Below the pieces are notes generated by a model, which saw nothing but the letters and a program-made list of their open reading frames with translations, had not been told where the DNA came from and made no database searches. A program made the translations under genes and the position numbers. Below are positions 27,852 to 37,355 of a stretch of DNA of 55,558 nucleotides, piece after piece; within the stretch, counting starts at the first letter, position 1, and every line of letters begins with the position of its first letter. Source of the stretch: a virus (Duplodnaviria; Caudoviricetes); IMG/VR virus record IMGVR_UViG_3300048821_000030, positions 1 to 55,558 of that record; one strand, given 5' to 3'.

Positions 27852-28460
27852 CTATACCGGCTCTGCCACACATTTCTTTGATTCAAGCCACTTAGAGAAT
27901 TGCGGGAGGAAATCTTTTGCCTCGATCATGACCGCCCGAGCGGGAACCAACTTCCCCTGGTAGAAGTGAAAATTGGGAACTGTGGCCGTGGTTTGGAAGC
28001 CGAGTTTGAGGGCATATCTGATCGCGGCTTGGTTTGATTCGATCATCACTCCATGAAGAACGGTGATCTTCAAACCCTTCATCCAGTAGTAAATTCCGAG
28101 CATTCCAAGGTCTCTCAGGTAGCGGGTGTGCCGGAAGAAGCAAAAACCGCACATCGCCGCTCTTGCGCCGTCAATTCCTTTTGCCGCTTCAACCCAAGCG
28201 TACCCAACTGGAATCACGTTCTCTGTTTTCTCTCCCACGTTTTCAACTTCGCAGAGAATCTGCAAAACCTTTTTGGACTCATCGAACATTCGGATGAAGT
28301 GGTCATGGTCGGGATTGTCGCCACACAGAACTTTTTCAAGCAACCCTGCTTCTTTTGTCTTGTAGTAGAGCGTTGAGAGCATCCCATCCCTATACACAAC
28401 AGTACCAGGAGTGAAAGGAACCACTGCGGCTTTGTCGGTCATGAACTCCCAATTATTCAT
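27852..28460 (-). CDS. GNAT-fold protein
   Basis: VGYAW, N.AAIRYALKLGF; sits directly before ejection genes. Confidence 0.65.
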   Translation of the reverse strand: MNNWEFMTDKAAVVPFTPGTVVYRDGMLSTLYYKTKEAGLLEKVLCGDNPDHDHFIRMFDESKKVLQILCEVENVGEKTENVIPVGYAWVEAAKGIDGARAAMCGFCFFRHTRYLRDLGMLGIYYWMKGLKITVLHGVMIESNQAAIRYALKLGFQTTATVPNFHFYQGKLVPARAVMIEAKDFLPQFSKWLESKKCVAEPV

Positions 28461-28529
28461 CTGCTCACCCTTCACTCCAAATTTTGAAATTACAGTTCCT
28501 TCCACAACAGTTCTCGTCGAGTGCCAATG

Positions 28530-28811
28530 CTATGCTGCCCTCGGTCTACATTTATCTTGGTGTTTTTCAACGTAATCGGAACGTACCAAACAGCCGCAAA
28601 GAGTACACAGAAAATAAATCGTTCTCTGATCTTCTCTCGCCGGATTCACGGCTAGGAATTGATCCTGGCTGATCTTTTCCTCGCTCCCGGCGATGTCTGC
28701 GCTTGACCGCAAAAAATCCGCAAACATGGAACCGATACTGCGTTTATTAAGTCGCAGTGATTCCCATAGGGGAATGTCCCTAGGTTTCACGTAAATGGTT
28801 TTGTTCCCCAC
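28530..28811 (-). CDS. Small protein with RHH-like N-terminus and CxxC..HxxxC zinc finger
   Basis: KTIYVK..D..LWE; CTLC...HQDKC. Confidence 0.5.
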   Translation of the reverse strand: MGNKTIYVKPRDIPLWESLRLNKRSIGSMFADFLRSSADIAGSEEKISQDQFLAVNPAREDQRTIYFLCTLCGCLVRSDYVEKHQDKCRPRAA

Positions 28812-28835
28812 GGCTCACTCCAAATTTTGGAATCC

Positions 28836-29375
28836 CTACAACTCCCCGATAGTGTAGACAACCGTTGCCACTGCGCTGTTCGCATAGTTCGTCGCCACTG
28901 CGATTGCCTTGATTGTCGTCGTGACTGAAACTGTAATGGCCGCACTATACAGAGTCGAACCCGTCGTCGGTGTCGTCCCATCCGTGGTGTAGTAGATTGC
29001 GGCTCCGGGCGTTGCACAGACAATCTCGGCTACCACGCTTCCATAAGTCCCCGAAGGTGGAGAGAACACAGGCGCACCTGTGGTATTCACGGAAGTCCCA
29101 CTAATCGTCTGTCCCACCAGCGTCCCCAAAGCCGCTGTCAAAGTAGTATTCGCCCCATTGAAGGCTGTGTGCTGATTCACAATCCAAGCCGTTACCTGGG
29201 AGATTTCGCTACTGAACTGGTTCGCATACTGATTCGTATCCAAGCCGTAGCTCTGTGAAGGTCCATTCCAGGTGCTCGTCCCATTCGTCGTCACCGAATG
29301 CACTGTGATGCTGACATAGCCGGTATTTGAATCTACCGCTACTTTGTCGACTACAATTGATGTCGTGTCCGCCAT
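28836..29375 (-). CDS. Virion protein with chitobiase/beta-hexosaminidase C-terminal (Fn3-associated) domain
   Basis: APVFSPPSGTY...TPGAAIYYTTDGTTPT..STLY...TTTIKAIA. Confidence 0.8.
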   Translation of the reverse strand: MADTTSIVVDKVAVDSNTGYVSITVHSVTTNGTSTWNGPSQSYGLDTNQYANQFSSEISQVTAWIVNQHTAFNGANTTLTAALGTLVGQTISGTSVNTTGAPVFSPPSGTYGSVVAEIVCATPGAAIYYTTDGTTPTTGSTLYSAAITVSVTTTIKAIAVATNYANSAVATVVYTIGEL

Positions 29376-29384
29376 GTCTACCTC

Positions 29385-30317
29385 CTAGAAAAAACTTCCG
29401 GCCGTGGGAGATCCGATTATAGGCGACCCACCGCCGCCGCTCTGAGCAACCACCCCGCCAGAAGATGTGAGCGACACAACCGCTACGATCTGGGAACCAT
29501 CAGCACACACGCGCAAGCGATTGTAAGCTGTGTCCCCAGATAACGGACCAACCAAAGCAACAAACTGGCTCCTCTTCTTGGCCATGTAGTAATAGGTGTT
29601 GCCCAACTCCACGTTTCCGCCAGAGCCGCTTACGGTCCCCAAGAAATCCTGATACGTGAACTCGTTTGGAGGCGTGTATGTTGTCACTTCCCACGGCCCA
29701 TTAAACCCTGCTGGACTTACTCCTATGATCGTCACAACCTGTCCCCGGCTTACGCTTATCGGATTCACGGTCTGGACCGTCACCAAATTCGATACACAAC
29801 CAATCGTGCTGATAGCGTAAACCGTAGGAAGACTGAGCGTGTCTGTCCTCGATAGAAGCAATATGGTGCTCCCATCTGCAAAAGTAAAAGGACTTGCTGG
29901 AATGATTACCTTCACCCCTCCAGATACGTTGCTCAACAGTGGGTAGATATTGTTGGCATTGGGGGGAGTGCTCATCAAATCATTTAAGAAACTGCTCTGG
30001 GCTTCGCGCTGACTGCCTGAATTTATGATTCGGTATCCAAGCATCGGCTGTGAACCGCTTGGAGAAATTTGCGGTTTCAAGGCCGCTGCGGAGTATGCTG
30101 CCTCTGCCGCTTCGCTCGTCAACACGTCGCTACCTGCGGTCGGTGGCGCCACATTCGTAATTTTGTTCCCAGAAAGATTAAGATGATTGCTTAACTCGAC
30201 TTCCCCTGAATGACCCCCGAGAATGTTCACGGCATCCTGCAAGTTGCTCATCTGAATTTGTTCAGGAAGAGACAACGAGGAGAACGTGATCTTTCCGAGT
30301 TTGGGAGGCTTCGGCAT
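29385..30317 (-). CDS. Putative tail fibre/needle protein
   Basis: LNLSGNKITNVAPP...D motif; Ser/Thr/Gly-rich beta content. Confidence 0.55.
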   Translation of the reverse strand: MPKPPKLGKITFSSLSLPEQIQMSNLQDAVNILGGHSGEVELSNHLNLSGNKITNVAPPTAGSDVLTSEAAEAAYSAAALKPQISPSGSQPMLGYRIINSGSQREAQSSFLNDLMSTPPNANNIYPLLSNVSGGVKVIIPASPFTFADGSTILLLSRTDTLSLPTVYAISTIGCVSNLVTVQTVNPISVSRGQVVTIIGVSPAGFNGPWEVTTYTPPNEFTYQDFLGTVSGSGGNVELGNTYYYMAKKRSQFVALVGPLSGDTAYNRLRVCADGSQIVAVVSLTSSGGVVAQSGGGGSPIIGSPTAGSFF

Positions 30318-30353
30318 GGATTGATGATACCTTATGTTCGCAGTTTATGGTAA

Positions 30354-30386
30354 ACAACAAAGCCCCAACCCAAAAAGGCTGAGGCT
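30354..30386 (-). terminator. Rho-independent terminator
   Basis: AGCCTCAGCC-loop-GGTTGGGGCT followed by TTGTTGTTT on the minus strand. Confidence 0.65.
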
Positions 30387-30415
30387 CTGTCTACCTACCG
30401 GGGATGCCCGATCCA

Positions 30416-30940
30416 TTAGGGCGTCGGCGTCGTAAACTGGACCGCGACCGATTGCGTGAGTTGCGACGGAGGCGGCGCCACGGCGTTTGTCGTGATCGTG
30501 AACGACTGCGACCACTGCGAAACCACGCCATCAGTATCGGTGACGGCGCAGGATGCCGTGCCGGTGACAGCGCCCGCTGAGGCCGCTACGCCAGTAACAG
30601 TTGCCGTGACACCATCGGAATTCAGGACCACCGTTGCCGATGGATCACTGAAGCTATAGGCGACGTTTGACAGCGTGCCGCCCGAAGGGGTGACGCCATC
30701 GGCCAGAAGCGGCTGAATGGACGCCTGCGAGGTTTGACCTACGTTGAGTACCAGAGCGTTGTTCATGGAGTCTCCTGTGAAGCGAACCGCTATTGAGTTG
30801 GTTGCGAGTTTGGGTTTTAGTTCATGGCGAATCTCTCTGAGAAGCCGCTTAATACGATCTTTGCATCTCAGCGTTTCCCATTGAAAGTCCAGAGCTTCAC
30901 GTAGTTGTTCTAGTGGATCGTAGCGCGGATTAGTAGCCAA
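30416..30940 (-). CDS. Ig-like domain protein (possible second start at 30766)
   Basis: L.VGQT, YSFSDPSATV, VTGVA pattern; SD before both TTG 30940 and ATG 30766. Confidence 0.6.
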   Translation of the reverse strand: MATNPRYDPLEQLREALDFQWETLRCKDRIKRLLREIRHELKPKLATNSIAVRFTGDSMNNALVLNVGQTSQASIQPLLADGVTPSGGTLSNVAYSFSDPSATVVLNSDGVTATVTGVAASAGAVTGTASCAVTDTDGVVSQWSQSFTITTNAVAPPPSQLTQSVAVQFTTPTP

Positions 30941-31140
30941 GTGATCCCTCCACCAATCTCATGCACATTGTACCACCAAATTTTGAATCTGTGTCGTGCG
31001 GTTTTGGACAGCGGTTTCACCCGCTGATTTTCCAGCCAGCCGCAAAGGTAGGAGTTTTGGTCAACAAGAGGAGACTACTAGGCGGGAGTGTGCTTCGAGG
31101 AGATTTGAGAGGGACTGGCTAATTGCGTACATCGTAACAC

Positions 31141-31174
31141 AAAATAAAACCGCCGACTGCATCATCATCGGCGG
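31141..31174 (-). terminator. Rho-independent terminator of the tRNA unit
   Basis: CCGCCGA/TCGGCGG stem followed by TTTTATTTT. Confidence 0.75.
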
Positions 31175-31340
31175 GCACTTCAATTGCGGGCCTCGAATTC
31201 AGATATGAGCCGTCGCACGTCTTAACCTTTTCCCTGACGGATGCTCGCCAGTCCCCACGGGAGGCTCCTTCCAACGTGCTTGAGGAGCGGAATCCTGATC
31301 GGCTTTCTCTTCGAGTACAACGCCCTCTCTGGTGGAATCT

Positions 31341-31417
31341 TGGTTGCGAAGGTGGGATTTGAACCCACGACCTATGCGTTATGAGCGCATCGAGCTACCG
31401 GGCTGCTCTACCTCGCA
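31341..31417 (-). tRNA. tRNA-Met(CAT), initiator-like scaffold
   Basis: 77-nt cloverleaf TGCGAGG...CT CAT AA...GGTTCAAATCC...CTTCGCA ACCA. Confidence 0.95.
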
Positions 31418-31422
31418 AAATC

Positions 31423-31451
31423 ATTATGCAACAGGTCCGTCATGTTGGCAA
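31423..31451 (-). promoter_or_regulatory. sigma70-type promoter of tRNA
   Basis: TTGCCA-17-CATAAT ending 5 nt before the tRNA 5' end. Confidence 0.75.
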
Positions 31452-31456
31452 GTACC

Positions 31457-32560
31457 TCATAGGTCAATGTCCACCTTGAACGTGTCGGTAGCTTTAGGTC
31501 GGCACATCTTCCAGATGATCGGCGCGTAGTTCTTTCCGTCCAGCATGGCAAACAGCACCGGAGTCAGCGGCGGCTTTGCAACGGCATAGAGAGCGAACTG
31601 CTTGCGCTGCTCGGCGGTCGTGATTATCTTCTCTCCTTCGTACTCAAGCATCGCAACCAAAGCCGCATCCTCGATCACCTTATATGCACTCAGGAGAACT
31701 CTCTCCACATTGTTGATCCATGCCACGAAATCGGCTGGAACGTCCGTTGTTACCGTAGTCAAGTCGAGGCCGTCTCTCAGCATCTCCCAAATCGTTACCG
31801 GATTGGTTCCGGTCAAAAGCCGATGCAAACGGCAATACGTATCCATCTTCACCTTGACGCGCAACGGCCATGTACCGAGGCGATGCCACGCCACAACATA
31901 GCCCTCTTCGTTCTCGACATCCTCCACAACGCATTCATCCAGCGGCTTGTCGAACTCATCCACGACCCGTAGATTGTTCTCACCTGTCCAATGCCGCAAA
32001 AACTTCATCGGCATCTCTTCGCCAGTCTCGATATGGACACTTGCGAGGACTACAAGACCAGACCAGTCGTACTTCACAACAATCTGATTTTCAGGAAAAA
32101 CAATCTCCACAAGAGGCGTGAATCCGGGAGGCCAAATAAATGCGGGGCGACTATTGAGCCAGTTGGTTGCCCACACCGCTTGATCGCTCGTAAATGATCC
32201 GCGTGTCGCAACGGCCCACTTGCCATCGTAGCGATAGAGAATCCCAAGGCTCCCATCGAACTTCCGCGTAATGCTCGGCACGGTTGCGGGGAAGTTTTCT
32301 GGCATTGTTTCTGGATGCCGGGAGTCTGAGTAATTCCAAAATTTGGAAAATGGCCGCGCAACAATTTCGCTGGTCTGCGAATCGAAGATTAGCCCTCGGC
32401 ACTTGTCGGTGACTTCATTCCACAACTCAGGGCTGAATTGGGCCTTCTGTGTGTAGTTGAGAATGCGGAGCGGCAATGAGGGATGAACCTGTTCTTTCAC
32501 CATCCCATCGGCAATCTGTTGCATCAACTTTTCGCGGTCAACGTAATCGAACAACTGCAT
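31457..32560 (-). CDS. RNA ligase, T4 Rnl1 family
   Basis: CRGLI, RPFSKF.N, RKFDGS, ATRGSF.S, EGYVV, RVKVK...Y..LH. Confidence 0.92.
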   Translation of the reverse strand: MQLFDYVDREKLMQQIADGMVKEQVHPSLPLRILNYTQKAQFSPELWNEVTDKCRGLIFDSQTSEIVARPFSKFWNYSDSRHPETMPENFPATVPSITRKFDGSLGILYRYDGKWAVATRGSFTSDQAVWATNWLNSRPAFIWPPGFTPLVEIVFPENQIVVKYDWSGLVVLASVHIETGEEMPMKFLRHWTGENNLRVVDEFDKPLDECVVEDVENEEGYVVAWHRLGTWPLRVKVKMDTYCRLHRLLTGTNPVTIWEMLRDGLDLTTVTTDVPADFVAWINNVERVLLSAYKVIEDAALVAMLEYEGEKIITTAEQRKQFALYAVAKPPLTPVLFAMLDGKNYAPIIWKMCRPKATDTFKVDIDL

Positions 32561-33444
32561 CAGAACTCCTCCAAATCACGGCCCCGAACCCACTCGACGT
32601 TCAGCCCTTCAGATTCCCACATGCGACAAACAGAAGGACGATCATCAAGAACCAGAGCAATCTTCTCTTTCGGCATGTATTTCAGAAAGTCGGCTTTCAC
32701 CTGAGTATCAGGCCGCTTGTCTCCACCGGACCTCATGAAGATATGGTCAATGCGGAGCGGAAAACCTTCCCATGTGGCACGTAAGAACCACAGAGAAGTC
32801 TTCAACCAGTAAGTATCGGGACGCCCAGACACGACACAGATAGTGTGACCCTTGCTCAGTTCGTGCGCTTTGCGGAATACAGCCTCAACCGGGGCATCTT
32901 TGTCGCACTCCTCGAAATAGGAAGTCCAATCTTTCTTCTCTCCCGTAACGAGATGCTGCCGATGGTCACCGTTAGCCAAAGTTCCGTCAATGTCTACCAG
33001 AGCAATCGGCCTTTCGCCCCACTCAATCATACCGTTCTGAAGAGCGAGCCTTTCGATTACAGGTCGTCCGACGCCCGGATTGCGCTTGCCGTCGCGGTCA
33101 ATGCAGACGCCTATATCTACATCCATATCGTGCGGGACAAACGCCTGTCCGTGATCCTTCGCAAAATCAGACCACATCTGACGGTGCTTTACCCCAAGGT
33201 TTGTGTCGTCAATTATGGGGTTCATGCCGTGCTTGAATAGCACTTCAGCAATGGCCTTCTCGCAGTCAATCGTGACCTGTTCGCGCTTGCCGGTCCACAC
33301 CGATTCAAACAACATGGCTCGCAAATCATCCCGGTTGATGCGACCATCGTTACCGCTTGCCTTCACTGCCATACGGGCAAACGTAGACTTCCCGCTTGCG
33401 GGAAGCCCTTTGAGCATTGTCAGTTTCAAGTCTTTCCCCTCCAC
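32560..33444 (-). CDS. pseT: Polynucleotide 5'-kinase/3'-phosphatase (T4 PseT-like)
   Basis: GLPASGKST, NRDDLR, DDTN, DIDGTL, SGR, DDR; start uncertain. Confidence 0.92.
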   Translation of the reverse strand: MEGKDLKLTMLKGLPASGKSTFARMAVKASGNDGRINRDDLRAMLFESVWTGKREQVTIDCEKAIAEVLFKHGMNPIIDDTNLGVKHRQMWSDFAKDHGQAFVPHDMDVDIGVCIDRDGKRNPGVGRPVIERLALQNGMIEWGERPIALVDIDGTLANGDHRQHLVTGEKKDWTSYFEECDKDAPVEAVFRKAHELSKGHTICVVSGRPDTYWLKTSLWFLRATWEGFPLRIDHIFMRSGGDKRPDTQVKADFLKYMPKEKIALVLDDRPSVCRMWESEGLNVEWVRGRDLEEF

Positions 33445-33539
33445 ACCGAGAATATCACCGATGTAGGCAGAATAGGGAATGAGCACTTCGGAACAGCCTC
33501 AAATGATTATCCGGCATCCTATTGGAGTGAGGTACTCCT

Positions 33540-33710
33540 ATGCTCAATATCATCTTGGTGATTCTGATGTTCCTCTGCGGCTTTGGCGGATATGCTATCC
33601 CAGCAACGCAGCCAGCCGGTTTCCGGTATGGTGTCGGACTTCTCGGCGCTGTGTTGTTTATCCTGTTCTGCCTCATCAACCTGGGGATAATTCATCCCGG
33701 TACGCTTTAG
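33540..33710 (+). CDS. 56-aa two-TM membrane protein
   Basis: Manual translation MLNIILVILMFLCGFGGYAIPATQPAGFRYGVGLLGAVLFILFCLINLGIIHPGTL; SD GGAGTGAGG; below ORF-track cut-off. Confidence 0.65.
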   Translation: MLNIILVILMFLCGFGGYAIPATQPAGFRYGVGLLGAVLFILFCLINLGIIHPGTL

Positions 33711-36700
33711 TTTTCCACGATCAAGACTTTCTCATAGCCGCGACCTTGGCAGAGAAATTTGGTCCAAAGACAAGTATCTTGCCACCACATGAAGTCGCCT
33801 GTTGAGGTTGCCACGAGCCTTATGGTGCGGAATTGAATCCCAGGTAGACGCTGCCTGAGCGGGTTCCTGATGCCACCAGCCGTGGGCATAGTGAAGGTGA
33901 ATGCTGCGGTTGGATTGCTGTCGTAATACACGCTTACAGTGATCGGGGCCGTGGCACTGTATTGGGCAAAAAAGTCTCGGCATATCTTGGAATCTGCCCC
34001 GCCGCAGTTCATATCGTAAGAATCTAGTGTTTTGCGCGTCCTCGGCAGCACAAGGGCTTCCACGGCTGCCTGGAACAGGTAACTCCATGCGCTTACGTTC
34101 CCCGCAATCAAGAGCGAAATCTTGTACGCTTGCTGCCCGAGTCCGGCATTCACTGGCAGGTTGATCTTGCCTCTCTGTGTGTTGTTGATCGTCCCGAGCG
34201 GAACCGTGATCTCCCCATCGTTGAAGAGCACCGATACGTTGAGGGTTTGCCCTCCGGTGTTGCAGTCGATCTGCACCGCATTGTACTGCTTCTGGTTGGC
34301 AGGACTGCCTTGGAAACTGTACGCGGTCTGCAAATTGATTGCGATTGGGTTTGCGACGAGTACCCCCCCAGACGCTCCCTGATCGGTGGGCAGGTTTTGC
34401 CTGTCGATGTGGACGAGTCCGTTTGAGTCACCATAGAGCAACTGATTGGTGTCGGCTTCCAAGTAGATGCTCTGCGCGTCCGCATCGTCATTCCGCCAGC
34501 GATTCGCGTATTGCGTATGCATGATCAGTCTGTGGCGGTTTCCGTCCGTGCCGATGTACGAAAAGAAGAGCATCGAATTCCAGTAAGCTGCGACCGTCTG
34601 ATTCAATAGACTCAGGTTCGCTTCTACGATAGGGGAAGAGCCAACGGACTGTAGGAGAAACTCAATCGCCAAACTCAAATACTCTGAGTCTCCCCCCGCA
34701 AAGTCCCTGATACCGTCCACGGCCATGTAGTAGATGGCCTTCTCCGTGACGATATAACCGAACGGAGCGATGCACCCAAACTTACACTTTGTCGGATAAG
34801 GCGGCTGAGTTGCCGGAGAGTCTGGAGGAATCATCCACCATCCGCTCTTGACGCAGCTCACGAACACGTTCCCGGCATACGGCACCACCGCCGTAATGTA
34901 GTCATCCGGCGTCGAGACAATGACGTTGTTCGCCTCTCCCACGTACTGCGGCGCGTTTCCCGTTGAGAAGTAGAGCGTCGACGGGTTGTTTGGATCTCCC
35001 CAATACCAAGCCTTGTTGAAGGCAATCACCATCCCGTAAACCGGCTGGCCTACCTTGATGCTCGCCTGGACTTGCTCTCCGATTGCATGAGTGTTCTGCA
35101 CAAAAGCTGTAAAACCCACAATCTCTCTATTGCCGAAGCCGCCAAAAATCACAGACAGAACCGTTACGGTTTCGAAGTTGTTAGAAATGGCCGTTGGGCT
35201 CCCCAGTGTTACCTGCTGGCGAACGACTATTGGGATTGGAATAACGAAAACAGAAAGCGGCGTCCCCAGAGTCACAGTCGCAACTTGATTGGTGGTGTTG
35301 ATTGCCATTCCAACCGTATTGTTTACCGGGACAGGAAGCAGACTCGGCACCGGAACGTCATTCGTAAACGAGACAAAATCCGCTCCGGCAAGCTGGTAGT
35401 CCGGCGTGGTGTCGGTGTACTGTACTATCCCGCCGGCCGATATGGTGACCGGGATTTCATCCAGTCTCCTGAAGTTGTCTCCGAGCGTTCCCCCTCGTCT
35501 GTAGATTCTCAAATAGCCGATCTGACCGTCCTGTAATTGCCCTGCGGGTCCGTAGGTAGTCACGTTCATGTTTAACAACACCGGCTGGCGCCGTGGGTAG
35601 ACCCAGTTCGTCTGGTTTGGAGGATTCTGGTTCGTCATGATCGGTGACGGGTTTGATTCCGTTCCGTCGACCGGATTCAAGAACGTCCAAACGTAGTCGT
35701 AACCCACCCCACCAAGCGTGTCCGGGCCTGCCCCTCCGACGAGAAGCAGAGAAGCCATTTCAATGAGAACCGGAGCGGCGTTGTCGTTGGTGACAATTGT
35801 GATCTGATAGCCGGTGATGTTTGACCAGTTATCAGTGAGAGAGTTGAAGTCCGCATTTCCAGACCCTGCGAAGTCCGACAATTGAAGTAGAAACGCCGTC
35901 CATCCGCCTCCTGTATTCAATTGAGCGATTCCACCTGACCCTGGGTTATAAAGCCCTAGAGAATCGTCAAGCAGTGCGTCTGTAGCGGCTGTCGTAGCGT
36001 CCGTGGAGTTTGATGAAGCTGTCGTCAGAAGATTCTGTAACGGGCCTTGAGCGATGACTTTGTAGAACGTTGATCCATCTCCCAGGGTAAAAGACAACTG
36101 GATCGATTGAACTTGGGTTGGATCGCTCACGTAGAGTTGAAAACTGATGTAATCGGCCTGTTGAAGAGTCGTCGGCCAAGCCGACACAGGAGTTCCAGTA
36201 AAAGCAAGAGCAACCGTACCCGTTGTGGAAGCCGCTACGGTTCCAGACCACCCATATTGCTCTACCAGTGCCCCCGTCAAATGGGTCTTCGTGAAATTAG
36301 CAATGAACCCCGTTGTGGTTAATCCGACAACAAGTACAGTTTCCTGACTCGCTCCGGTATCAACTATCAGAGAAGCGTACAACGTTACCGGAGCTATACT
36401 TCCATTGGAAAATGGAACCGCTTGAAGCCCAGGAACCGTGATTGCCGCTGTGGTGTTTCCCGTGATCCCAACATTGTAGTTTCCAGTAAAAGCACCCATT
36501 CCAGAAGTTGTATAAGAGGATGATATTGATGGGTCGAGAACGATGGAATCTGGCTCTTGTACGGATGCTTGCACGGGGAACTGCGGGGGAAAAATACCGT
36601 TTTGTTGCGGCGCTGAAAAGGTTCCGTTGTCCTTGAACATGCCAAGGCTGTCGCTGATGAAGGCATAATTGCTTGAAGTCCAGTCGGTGTTGGTGTAAGA

Positions 36701-37063
36701 CGCGAACGAGCACGGCTTCCCACTCAGAGACGATGAAATCTTTGTGTATGCGCCCGGTGCGGTCCCGCTCCGTCTCCAGAGGTTCCCCGCCGAATCAACA
36801 GCGTACCTATACGCCGCCCCAAAAAGCCCCCCGAGCTTAAAAAGGCTGACAATCTTCCCCGATAATGGGTAGACAGGACTTCCCACGGTCCCGCCGCTAT
36901 TGTTTACAAGGCTACCTAATCTTTGTGCCCATGCTCCTTCGGCCAACTCTTCGCAATTATCGGCGTTAAGCATAGAGTTGGGCGGGAGCAAATCATCGAC
37001 CGCTCTCGCTGCTATGCCAACAGAATTGAAAATCAGAGGAAATTCCCGGTACTGGCTGTCCAT
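33707..37063 (-). CDS. Putative tail nozzle/tube protein (T7 gp12 or P22 gp10 analogue) with insertions
   Basis: 1118 aa, beta-rich; LYFS, GCIAP, YM..DGI propeller-type motifs; position after adaptors. Confidence 0.65.
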   Translation of the reverse strand: MDSQYREFPLIFNSVGIAARAVDDLLPPNSMLNADNCEELAEGAWAQRLGSLVNNSGGTVGSPVYPLSGKIVSLFKLGGLFGAAYRYAVDSAGNLWRRSGTAPGAYTKISSSLSGKPCSFASYTNTDWTSSNYAFISDSLGMFKDNGTFSAPQQNGIFPPQFPVQASVQEPDSIVLDPSISSSYTTSGMGAFTGNYNVGITGNTTAAITVPGLQAVPFSNGSIAPVTLYASLIVDTGASQETVLVVGLTTTGFIANFTKTHLTGALVEQYGWSGTVAASTTGTVALAFTGTPVSAWPTTLQQADYISFQLYVSDPTQVQSIQLSFTLGDGSTFYKVIAQGPLQNLLTTASSNSTDATTAATDALLDDSLGLYNPGSGGIAQLNTGGGWTAFLLQLSDFAGSGNADFNSLTDNWSNITGYQITIVTNDNAAPVLIEMASLLLVGGAGPDTLGGVGYDYVWTFLNPVDGTESNPSPIMTNQNPPNQTNWVYPRRQPVLLNMNVTTYGPAGQLQDGQIGYLRIYRRGGTLGDNFRRLDEIPVTISAGGIVQYTDTTPDYQLAGADFVSFTNDVPVPSLLPVPVNNTVGMAINTTNQVATVTLGTPLSVFVIPIPIVVRQQVTLGSPTAISNNFETVTVLSVIFGGFGNREIVGFTAFVQNTHAIGEQVQASIKVGQPVYGMVIAFNKAWYWGDPNNPSTLYFSTGNAPQYVGEANNVIVSTPDDYITAVVPYAGNVFVSCVKSGWWMIPPDSPATQPPYPTKCKFGCIAPFGYIVTEKAIYYMAVDGIRDFAGGDSEYLSLAIEFLLQSVGSSPIVEANLSLLNQTVAAYWNSMLFFSYIGTDGNRHRLIMHTQYANRWRNDDADAQSIYLEADTNQLLYGDSNGLVHIDRQNLPTDQGASGGVLVANPIAINLQTAYSFQGSPANQKQYNAVQIDCNTGGQTLNVSVLFNDGEITVPLGTINNTQRGKINLPVNAGLGQQAYKISLLIAGNVSAWSYLFQAAVEALVLPRTRKTLDSYDMNCGGADSKICRDFFAQYSATAPITVSVYYDSNPTAAFTFTMPTAGGIRNPLRQRLPGIQFRTIRLVATSTGDFMWWQDTCLWTKFLCQGRGYEKVLIVEN

Positions 37064-37151
37064 ATCGAAAGAGTACCGCTAAGAGGTTTGGTTTTCTAGG
37101 GGAATATATAGGCACTCTTCCAAACAGACTTAACCACCAACTCGTCGTCGC

Positions 37152-37331
37152 TCACGCCTCCTGCCTAACCAGCGGCCTTCTGCTGGCCTCCTGCATCCGT
37201 CTGACAATCTCGTTCAAGCACTGCTCCTCACGCCGCTTCGCGTAGCCGTTCTGCGGGTCTTGAGTGAAAGACTCCATTGCGTCTGTCCACTCTTCGTAAA
37301 GACGATTATTGCTCAAGCTCTGAAGGTTCAC
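37152..37331 (-). CDS. Small hypothetical protein (59 aa)
   Basis: Manual translation MNLQSLSNNRLYEEW...; GTG start after AAGGT. Confidence 0.45.
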   Translation of the reverse strand: MNLQSLSNNRLYEEWTDAMESFTQDPQNGYAKRREEQCLNEIVRRMQEASRRPLVRQEA

Positions 37332-37355
37332 TGACTACCTTTCCAAATTTTGGAA

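Noticed and set aside
31290-31340. Theta/HDV-like ribozyme directly after the tRNA
   Set aside because: I could not fit the nested double-pseudoknot pattern by eye, and the tRNA already encodes CCA.
33479-33805. 108-aa plus-strand ORF in the track
   Set aside because: Overlaps the nozzle gene; the 56-aa two-TM ORF in another frame has a clear SD and fits the gap.
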